Source: a virus (taxonomy: Duplodnaviria > Heunggongvirae > Uroviricota > Caudoviricetes). Taken from it: a stretch of 64,000 nucleotides of DNA. The notes beneath the pieces are model-generated. The model did no database searches. It worked only from the letters and a program-made list of their open reading frames with translations, and had not been told where the DNA came from. How positions within the stretch are numbered: position 1 is the stretch's first letter; every line of letters begins with the position of its first letter. The DNA is taken from positions 330,267 to 394,266 of IMG/VR virus record IMGVR_UViG_3300021400_002728; one strand, written 5' to 3'. The translations under genes and the position numbers were made by a program. This document shows positions 18,328 to 30,300 of this stretch, piece by piece.

Positions 18328-21300
18328 TTAGAATCCAGAATCATTGTGACCATCGCCATCAATTTCTTCTGTCATCATACTAGTCATGGCCTCCATTACG
18401 TCTTCCTCAACATCTTCATCTACATTATCTGTAGAATCATTGTCAGTTACAGTCTTTTTTCTTCTGGTTGCGAAGAAAGCACCTATGCAAAGTACACCAA
18501 GAAGTGAAAGAATTGTAATAGGAAGGATTGGTAAGTTATCACCAGTCTTAGGAGGAATGATAATGATCTTATCGAACATCTTAAGATTGATTGCACAGAT
18601 ACCATCAGATTCCTTCAATGAAGTATCTTCAGTATAATCTGTCTTATCTTCACTAGCTCCATAATAAGGTGAACCCTTAATAGGAATTACAGTGTTGCAA
18701 ATCTTATATCCAAATGGTGCTTTGGTTTCCTTAGCGTAGAATATCTGATTTTCATCATAGGTGATGATGATAAATTCAACTTCACCATTCTCGTTAGTCT
18801 TACCAACGCAATCATTACCATTTATATCCTTAGCAATCTGTGTGCAGTTCTCATCTGTAAAGATTGTAATCTCTGCATTTCTAAGTACATACACATGATT
18901 GTCAAAATCAGACTTGACAAGCTTAACATGAAGTTTCATGCTAGTATCGAATGTCTGTTTCTCATCATTGATGTCAGAGTGTGTTGCAACTCTTACATTA
19001 TTAAGATACATATCCTCGAATACAACTACTTTTCTACCAGCTACAAGTCCAGCATTGAACTTGAACGTAACATTAACTGTTCCAGAAGCAAGTCCATCTT
19101 CACCAATTGTAGAGTTTTCTTCAGTAGGAGTGATTTCTGCACTTGCAGTAATCTTATTACCTTCAGCATCCTTTACGTACTCGTACTCTTCGTCTTCACC
19201 ATATTCTCTCTTGAATACAAGTGTACCTGTTACAGTATACTTCTTTCCAGGAACAAGGTGTTCATAAGAAACGGTATCAATAATAGTCTGCGTCTGAGTA
19301 CCATCTAAGAATACCTGAGTGTTTCCATCCTCATCCTTAACAGTAGTTCTAACTTTAGGAATGTAAATTGTCTGATCTTCATCAGAAATGTCTTCGTGCT
19401 TAGCAACAGCTTCCTTATTTGGCGTACCATCTTTCTTAGCACCAACATATAAGCATTCTTCGAATACTACTAATGTTTTACCTTCAAGACCTGTTGTATC
19501 AAGGGTAAAGATAACTTCTACCTTACCAGAAGATTCTGCAGGTAAGAATCTGGTAACTGCTGTAACGGTCTTACCGTCAATTTCAAGGGCTTTTCCAGTT
19601 TCCTTATCCATTACAATACCAGACATATCATACCATACACCAGGGAGTAACTTGTTATATTCAACAACATCAACAATCTGTACAGTTTCGCCATAAGGTA
19701 CAACCTTTTCACGATATTCTATACCCTTGTTTTCTATTGCTCTTACATAACCGTTTGCTGTAGTACCAATTTCAGGAACGAATGTCCACTGCCACTGATC
19801 ATCGATTTCTGAGTGAGTAGCAACCTTGATTTCATTGTAGTAGCAGTCCTCAAATGCAACTACGTGAGTTCCCTTGAGCGCTGTAGAATCAAATGTAAAT
19901 ACAAGATCTACGTTACCAGAAGCAATCAACTTACCATCACTAATTGTTACCTGAGTATCAGGTAAGTCCTTAGGAATGAATGTCTTTGTAGCAGTAATTC
20001 TGTTGCCATCTTTGTCAAGTATAGGTTCTCCAGTATCAACGTTTACAAGGTAACCTTTGATTGTGTATTCCTTATCTGCCTGCAAACTTACGAATGTAAC
20101 AGTATCGGTAATAGTCTCTTTAGTATTCCAACGTGATACATGATCACCAATAACAGTGTCAATCAAGTGTGTGAAGATTCTAGGAATAAGAATAGTCTGT
20201 TTCTCATCTTCAATGTCTGCGTGAATTGCGTACACATGACTAGGCTCTTCATCAGAGATGCATCTTTCGAATGCAATGATCTGTGTACTCTTGGTAACAT
20301 TGATCTTCTCTTCATCAGAGATACCACGCTCTGTACGAGCCTCTTCTTCAGTGTATTCATTAGTAATAACTCTAGTATCATCATTACCAGATACATCTGT
20401 AGGCTCTACGACAGGATTTCCATCATCATCAACTTCAGGAGCAGTACCAGTATCGGTTACTGTTCTATTAATGTTAAGATGATCTTTGTCAAGATTGTGG
20501 TCAAAATCATGTAACTGATCAGCAGGAATTGTGAATGATACTTCTACATCGCCTTCACCTGTATCAGAAGCTGTGAAAGGAACATCCTGAGTAATAAGCT
20601 CAAGAGTATCTTCAGATTCATTTGTCAAGTGGTAAGGCTCACCAGTACTCTTATCCATCAATACGCACTGCATAATGTATTTCTTACCAGGAACAAGACC
20701 TGTGTAGTGTACATAGTCAGTAACAGTAGTATCTTCCTCAAGAGGAACCACATGAATTTCAGTATGAGATTCTAAGAACTCAGTGTGAATTTCAGGGATA
20801 ACGATGGTCTGCTCAGCATCGTTGATGTCGTTATGATATGCATAGCAATCATTAGGAACAGCAACAGTCTCGTCAGGAACATAAGTGTTATTTGTACCAA
20901 GAAGCATGTACTCATAAACTACGAATGTACCACCATTACGTGCATCTGTCTTGTTGAGGTTGAGCTCGATGTCGAACTCGTCATCAACTGCGATAATACC
21001 TACACAACCATCTTTTCCACATTCGCACTTGTACTCAACTGCAGCACCTGTAGCTACGCTTGCAGGAGACTTGTAAGGAGTATACTGTATAAACTTAGAA
21101 CCATCAGCAAGGTTTACAACCGGCTTTCCAGTATCTTTGTTTATAACGATAGTTACTAATGTGTAATCAGTGTTAGGTGTAATCTTGTTCATGCTTACGG
21201 TATCTTTAATCTTCCAATCGTATGTAGAAGGATCTTCAGCATGGAGATACCAGTCATCACCTGTAGCATTGTTACCACTTATGGTGATTGTGTGTTCTCC

Positions 21301-24300
21301 GGTTTCAGCATCAACAGCAGTAGTATGAAGGTCAGGTACAGTTACCTGCTGCTCTACGTTAGTAAAGTCATCCTCAATGAGAACTTCATGTCCTTCTGTA
21401 TCAAATTCACCGAAGTACAGTCTTTCTTCGAACATGATGGTCTTACCCTTGTACTTAGTTGCATCAATAGTGAGATCGATGTCTACGAGGATAGGCTTGT
21501 CATCAGTACCAAGAAGTAACTGAGTAAAGTCTGTTCCGTTTCCATCAGGATACTGCTTGAAGAAAGCTTCTCCACTATTCTCTACGCCATTGATTGTAGT
21601 AACATAAGGAGTAATTACCTTACCATCAGCGTCACGTTTAACGTCAACAATAACTTTCTTTGTAGCTGTGAACTGCTTACCATCTGCATCGACAATAGGC
21701 TCACCAGTTTCACCATCTACAGCAGCAATTCTTAATGTAAATGTGCTAGGAATGATGTCAGTAATAGTATTGTCTGTGTCTTTAAGATTACTCTTAATAA
21801 CAGTATCAAGTCCTACGTTCTTAATCTCAACAGTATCAGTTATAGTCTGGTTAGGAGCTGCCTGAATCTGTCTATCCTTTGCATTTACTGCTGCTTCTGC
21901 TGCAGGATCTGCAACTGTAGAAACTACAGTGGTTCTGAATGTAGGAAGGTGCACAGTCTGTCTCTCATCATAGATGTTGTTGTGAACAGCATACTTAAAT
22001 TCAGTATTATCACCTTTAGTCATAGACTCGAAGCATACCCATGAAGGATCACTCTCCCAATCCAGTGCAGTTAATACCTGCTTAAATGTAATAGGAATCT
22101 CAATTGTACCATAAGCTCTGCCTGTTACAGGATCAATTGTTGAGTTGTTTGCATCTGGAGTAATTGTTCCAGTTGCTACTACAGGATTTCCTTCAGCGTC
22201 AAGTACAGGCTGTTTGGTCTCCTGATCCATAAGCTCAGCAGTGAATACCCAAGGCTCACCTACTTTAAGATTCTTAAATGTTACAGTATCGTATACAGTT
22301 ACATCTGCATACTCTCTAGATACAACCTTGTAATTAGTTCCTTCATGTCTATTAACAAGATGTGTTTCAATTTCAGGAATAGAAACTGTCTGCATCATAT
22401 CGTTAAGATCTTCATGAAGTGCAATAAGTACTTCGGTAGTACCATCATCGTTGAGATAGTAGTTATCATTTGTTATAGTATCATATCTGATCTGTTTTGC
22501 ACAGTGATGATGATTACGTCTCTCATGATATTTAGATTCATCATAAGAAGTGAATGTTTCTCCACACTGTACACAAGTGTATACTGTATGTCTAGCATCC
22601 ATTTCTGATCCAGGACCAGGAACGTATTTACCATCTGCATGTACGCCAGCATGACCAGGAAGTTCCATATAAACTCTTTCGCATACTACAAGATCACGAT
22701 TAGCGTACTGTCCAGAGTCTATAATGTTGTACTGCATTTCTAAACTACCTTCAGTATCAGTTAAGCTGAAGTTTTTAGTCTCATGAGCTACATAAGGAGT
22801 ATCAAGACCGTTGTTTTTATCAACGACTCTATTACCCTCTTCATCGTAACCAACAAGATATACATAACCTTCAACTCTGACATCGATAGCTTCTGCAAGG
22901 TTACTATAGTCAATTCTATCTCTAAGTATTGCATCATTCTTAATCAAGTTACCATCGAGATCCCAAGATCTACCATTAGGAAGAATGCCTTCTTCTCCAT
23001 CTTCTGACATAGCAGTAGTGTCGATCTGAATCCATCTAATGTTCTCTTCTTCTTCATCTAAGTCGAAGTTGTGACAAGTAATTACAGGACCACTTGCATC
23101 ATATAAGTAAGTCTTTATGTAAACAGTCTCAGCGTCGTTAGGCATGTTAGGAATAATCCAATCCATTATACCAAGATCGCTAAATGTAATCTCACCGTCA
23201 CAAGGTCCCTCAAGTGAGTGCTGTAAGATAGTATTTGCACCATTGTTTTCGTAAACAATATCAGTACCATATACTACATGATCAAGATCTTTGTCAATGA
23301 GAATTGCAACAAGACCAGTTGAACAATCATGTCCATAAATGTCTTTTACAACTGTATCATTACCATTTTCATCAACATAAGTAAGTTTTGCTGTAAATCT
23401 ATAGTTATGTCCATCTCCAAGATTGCTATAAACAATCTTATCATCAATAAGAGTATAACCTACGATTTCACCATCAGCATTATAAACAAGGTTTCCAGTG
23501 TTTTCTGCATTATTAACGAGAGGCATTCCTTCTTCGCCATAAGCGTATCCACCGATACCTGCAACTCTTGTACGAGTAGTTTTGTCTGTTGACTCAGTTG
23601 AAAACTTAATAACTCCTACATACTGAGACTTTTCATCTAAGTACTGGTTATGCTGTTTTAATAAGCTCCAACCCTGTGTACCCATACTCTTATAAAGATC
23701 AACTGCAAATACAAGTTTCTCGCCTTCCTGCATCATAGATGTATCAAGATTGAAATCCTGAATAATGCTTAAGTTGTAAAGAGTATCAATACGGTTGTAA
23801 GTAGGATCATGCTGAGGAGCATATTCCTGCGTAAAGTTACCATCAGCATCACGGAATAATACGTAATTATTGTCAACAACTGTGAATGAACCATGTTCAG
23901 TGACAAATGTACCAGGCATTACACTTTCAAATGTTGTGTTTGCGTTTCTAATAGTATTATAGGTTCTTCCACCTTCAGTATGAGTATCACCAGTAAAGTC
24001 AAGTGTACACATATCAGAAGTATAAATCTTCTCTATAGGATTACCATCTTCATCGCATCTCCAGATATAAGTTATATATCCGTATCTCTGAGTAGTAGTA
24101 AGACCACCAAAGGTAACTGTATCACGAAGTAAGCCATCAGAATCAGGAATAGTAGAGTTAGTCTCTGTTATCGCATCGATAGCTTCTGATTCAATTGTAA
24201 GAGGTACGTCTACACCGATATCCCAGTCGTCAAGATAGAATACAGGATTAGGATTATCATGAATTACTCTAAGAGTAGAACTGATCATATCATAATCTTC

Positions 24301-27300
24301 TGTGTTCCACATAATGGTTCTAACCTGACCATTACCAAGATTTATTTCTTCCTGAGCACCTTCGCCATTCTTAGGATATCCGTATTCTGTAACACGAGGA
24401 ATCTCCTGAATTACGTAAGTACCGGCAAGTAAAGCACCTCTTTTATTAGTAAGATATTTACTGTTAGGCTGTTCAAGGGCAAGCTCACCAAACCAAATAT
24501 TACCGGTTGTAGCGTTCTTAAGATCTTCCTTAGTACCTGTCCAAACTAACTTATTAAGAGTTGTATCAAATGTTACATAACTATCATACTGATTTACATT
24601 ATTAACAGTCTTAGGACGTGCATCCCAGTTTCTAGAATCAAATGTTGAATCGAAATCAAGAACCATTACGTGCTGTTCAATTACATTATAACTACCATCT
24701 GCGTTCTGAATAGGATCACCGTTCTCGTCAGATTCCACAAGAGAAACTAACCAAGGAACATATGCCATAAGTCTACCATCAAGGTTAACTTTCTGCATTC
24801 TGAAGTCACCACGAATAGGTAAGTCACTCCAAGTAAACTGAAATTCCTGAGGAACATAGGTAGGACCATACTGCTTATTAGTAGTTAATCCATTATAACC
24901 ACGAATTGTTCTATCATCTTCTGTATGAGTTTTATAAGCTGAACCAATTTGATGTTTCCACTCAGGCTGAACAACAAAGTAATTAGCAATGTTTTCATTC
25001 CAAGTGTACCATTCATTAGCTCTATCATCGTTACCAAAGTATTGACCTTCCTGACCAGCAATACCGTTTACAGCAGTACCAGCTTCCTTAGCCTGGCAAT
25101 CTTTAGTCCAATCTTTATATGCAGCCATAGCTTGGTCATTCCATACAAAGTGAGGCTGAATACTATTACCATAGCATTCTTTCTCGATGAGCTGACCATT
25201 ATTATCTGCGATATTGATTGTTCTAACCTGTGTATTATAAGACTGATTAATACGAAGCTCATATACTTCATAAGTACCATAAGGCAAATGCTCGATGAAA
25301 CATTCACCATTCTCATCAGTTTCGAGAACTGCAATTACTTCATTAGGTGCAAAATATCTATCCTCAGCATTAGCAAGATCTTCTGTATAAGGATAGCATA
25401 CAGACCAATAAGATCTATTTACGATAGCAAACTGAACATGATTAAGTTTATTAGAACCTTGGTTATGACCTGTAATCTTAGTCTCATCATCAATCTTACG
25501 AATTCTGATATTACCATAGACTGTTTCATTATCCCAAGTATCTTCACCATTATCATCTACAGTGTATAAATCACCCATAGCAATAAGTTCACCAGCAGTA
25601 GCAGTTCCTGCACCACCATTTGATACATTACCACCATTGTGATCATCGCTACCTGTACCTGTATCATGAAGTGTGTAGTAGAAGTAAATGTCACCTCTAT
25701 AAAGCATAGAAGGATTTCCATTTACAGCTGTACGTATTGAATTAAGCTGGCTATTTGTTCTGTAGTTAGCAAAACAGCTTGTACCAAGCTTAGTTGAAGT
25801 ATCATAGTTTTCGCCAACCTGGATAGTAGCATCAGATCTTAACTCACGAATCTCATATTGACCGTAAGGAAGACCATAGAGTGATACGTATCCCTGCTCA
25901 TAACCCTTAGTTAACTCATCTGTAGCAACATTAGACTTCTGATGTGAAGTTAAAATAGCAACTACACAACCAGGATTAATTGCTACATTATCTCTGATTT
26001 CAACATAAGGCTGATCAGAAGTAGGCATTAACTGTGTATACTTATTGAACATCTTAACCTGGTCATCAGATCTGTTAATTACAACGAATCTAATATCATT
26101 CCAAGTTGAATCGCCCTGAGGATGATCTGTAGTAAAGTGATATACACTATCTCTCTTCCAGAATGAAAAACCGTCACGATATACATCGTCAGTATAACGA
26201 CTTGTACCAGTATTATACGGATCATTATGAATAGCTAATGCACTAGAAACAGTATTATGAGGAGTTGAATGATTGATATCAGTTAAATCATAAGTAATAG
26301 AAATGTTATTCCAATAGAAGGAATCATTTGCGTAAATACTTGTACCTTTATTTACTGAATTCCAATTCTGACCAACGCTAATTTCAGCATCACGTCTTAA
26401 CTCAACAACTTCATATGTACCATAAGGAAGACCATAGATAGCAAAATAACCATCTACTTTCGCTCCAGTATGTGTACCAGCTGTAACTGTGCTAGGTCCA
26501 TTATGAGTAGTAAGAATTGCAACTACTTCGCCAGGAGCGATTCTTGCATTCGCATTACCAGTACCAATACCAGCAATTGAAGTACCACCAGGAATGAACT
26601 GTACGTTAGGAACGTTAAGTACAGTATTAGTAGCATTCCAATTAGGATCAACCTGTGATAACTGATTAATATCAGACTGAAGAATTTCAACTTCATATGC
26701 TGATCTATTGATAACTGCAAATCTAATACCGTTAGCATTAGAGTCACCTTCAGTTACCTGTAAGTAATCTTCATCTAACTTATAACCCTGGAAACCATCT
26801 ACAAATGCTTTGTTCTCTGCAATATGATCAGGATTTGAAGTAGGTGTATTATAATTCCAAGTAAAGTGACTCATACTTGAGCTACTATCACCATGATATA
26901 ATTTGTTACCAGCAGTAGTATAGTCAATTGAGAAATAATTACTACCATCCCACATAATACCACTATTATTGGCATAAGTACTATTACCCATTCCGTTTCC
27001 GTCATAAGTCTGGCCAATAAGAGATGTATTATCAGCAGCATCATATTTAAGCTCTACAATGTCATATACACCATAAGGTAAACCATACATTGTAAGATAA
27101 CCTTCAAGACCGTTATGAGTATGTGTAGTTATAACTGCACAAATACGATCTTTACCAATTTCCTGACTATCATTAATTGTTACATAACTGCTATCAACAG
27201 TATTATAGATAGATCTCATCACAACATGATTATTAGATCTATTGATTACAGCAAATCTAATACCATTAAGTGAAGTATTACCTTGAGTATTGCTAAGTGT

Positions 27301-30300
27301 ATCATTAGAATTAGTTAAATCCTTCTTCCACATAGCAAAACCATATCTATAAACTAAATCTTCTGCAGCGCCAAATCTACGAGAATTTATTATTCCGACT
27401 GCATTTACATGACCAGAATAATTATCAAGTCCGATAAGTGTATCACCGTTTTCACCAGTAGTCCAGTTATCTGTAACAACTTGAATCTGAGTATTTATTG
27501 TATAGCCAGTAGGTGCCTTGATTTCTACAAATCTATACTCACTTGAATAAGGAAACTTAAGATCAGTCTGTGCATAACCATTTGAATTTGTAGTGATAAC
27601 TACTGGCTGTCCATCTGATAATACTGGATAGAGCGTAGTTCCAAATGATGTAGTACCTGCAACGCCAAACCCATCAAGTGTAGATACAGAACTTACGCCA
27701 CTTCCTAATGATAATACTTTTGTACCATTTGGATTATTCATAGTATAAGAGAAGAATGAATTTCCATATGTATTCTGTGTTGTAGTAGTAAATAACTGGA
27801 ACTGCGCACCGTCATATGTACTACTACCTTCAGGAATACCTAAAATAGTGTTTGAAGTATATCCTAGTACAGCAAAGTCCATATCTGCCTTATAAATTCC
27901 AAGAGGATACCATACTTCACCCTCAACAGTACGGATTATATCTTCATCTTGTTCATATGTATAGAGTAAGTCATCTCCACCATATTTATAGTCGCTGTTT
28001 ACATATCCTGTTTCTGTATCATATACTAAAATATCATTTTCATAAAATTTTTTATATGCAGCAGTAACATTTGTACCTCCGCTTGAATAAGTATTTGGTC
28101 TATAATACAATTTATATATAGATGTATTTCTTATCAATCCAGTCTGTTGTGCATTAGTTGGAACCTTTGTTTCTTGAATAGTATAATAACCATATGTCCA
28201 ACAATATATATTATTTATCAAAGGATGTTTTAATGGTTCATCGCCTCTAACAAAATAATACGGATCTTCAAAGTCAACTTTACCATATTCATCGGTCTTA
28301 AATACACTAGTTCGTAACACAGTATCTGTTGCATTACCATTTGCATCTAATTCATACATTGTTATAGTATATTCTGCATTTTCAGGCCTTGTACCTGCAT
28401 CCCAAACTGGCTGTCCTGTTTTATCGCTAATTTTGACAAATTGTAAGTGAGTAGGGTCAGTAAGTGGTGTATTATTTAATACAGCAGTAGCAGTTTCGCC
28501 TCCGCCAATATTCATAGATACTGTACCAGTTTCGCCAGCATTATAGCCTCTACCAGTTTTAGTCTCCTTAATATACAATGTATGTCCTTGATATAAATTG
28601 TATAGTAATGTTGCAGTAGAAGTACTATTTCCATTTGCATCCACAGTAAATATTACGTCCTGATTTGAAATAGCATCTTTTACAGGATTAGAAAAATTAG
28701 AGTCAGAATATACTGCAAATGTTGCGCCTTCAAGAGAAAAATATGAATTCCCTCGTACTAAATACTGGAATTGTTCGTCGCATTGTTTGCGTAAATTTAG
28801 ATATATATAATTCCAGCACCATGCATCTGCAGAACCTGCATATATCTGATTCTGTGTACACTGTTCATATTTTTGTGACAATCCACCTGAAGTTAATAAT
28901 CCAGTTAAATCACCAACATTTCGCTTACCTTTATACGGTGTAAGTACTACAACATGTTTTTTTGCTTCAGCTGCTGCTGCACCTGCTGCATTTGATTTTG
29001 CAGTATTCTCATATGTACTCATATCACTAGTAGATAAATACAATGAATTATTTTCATAAGTGTAATCACCTTCCCATGTTTGTACTGTTGTATCATCTGT
29101 TTTTTTGGTAAGTTTCCAGTGAGTCTTAATTGTCAGTCTATGTTCAGTCTTACCATCAGGAAGAGCTCCATTAACCCATTTTCCAGATCCATTTAAATGC
29201 TCAATACTAGTAGATTTAATTGTTGTATCTACAGTATATGTATCAGTATGTTCTGTCCATGTACGTGCTTTAAAGTTATCATTACTAAATAATACGCTGA
29301 AAACTACATTTGTAGTATTACCATTATCTGAAACAGTGGCTGTAGCCTGATAATTTACTGTAGGTCCTGTGAGGACAAATGCATAGTGTGACTGTGTATT
29401 ATTACCATGTGCTTCGTGACCTTCACAATCAACATCAATTGTTCTTCCATTAAAAATTTGTTCAAAAACATTATTATTTCCTGAAATAGTTACATAGCCA
29501 TAACCAGGGTTGTCTACGTCAGGAGTAAATGAACAGGTTCCAGTATAAGTTCCAGATATAGTGTTCATTACATCTTTAGTAATTTCTACATTTGTAGCAG
29601 TTCCTTGTAATACAAAATCAAATGGCTCTGATTCTTCCTCTTCTGGAATATAGATTTCAACTTTACCGTTTTCATCTATTGAGTAGTCATACCCAGTCTG
29701 TTCAACAAATGCCTTTATGAATGGATTTGCGTCCAAATCAGATAAATCTCTTTCAGGCTCTATGACTTCTTCAATTATAGTAGGATTATAATCACCATCA
29801 AATAATATAGAAGACTCAGTTATTCCAGCTGAATAAAGACCAGTAAAAATAGCAGTAGCATCAGAAGTATAATCAGCTACTACATAGTAATCTGCATCAT
29901 AGTTTGAAATAGATTTCTTACTACCATCTGAATTAGCAGCACCAATAGTAATTACCGCATCAATACAACCAGGAATAAACTTAGTTGCAGAAATATTATA
30001 GTTACCTGCAGCACCAATTACTACAATACCATTATTTATTGCTTCCTGAATTACATCTTTAACAATAGCATTCTTTTCAACGTCAGAACCAACTAATGAT
30101 AAGTTGATAATCTTAACGTTATTTGCTATTGCTAATTTGATACCTGAATAAACAGATGCAGCATCTGTTGTAGATCCGTTAAATACTTTAATAGACATTA
30201 CTTTAGCATCAGGATTTTCACTTTTTATGAGTTCTAACATCCTTGAACCATGCCCATTAGAGTCATTAACATCATCGCCAACAACAGAGAATTTAACATC

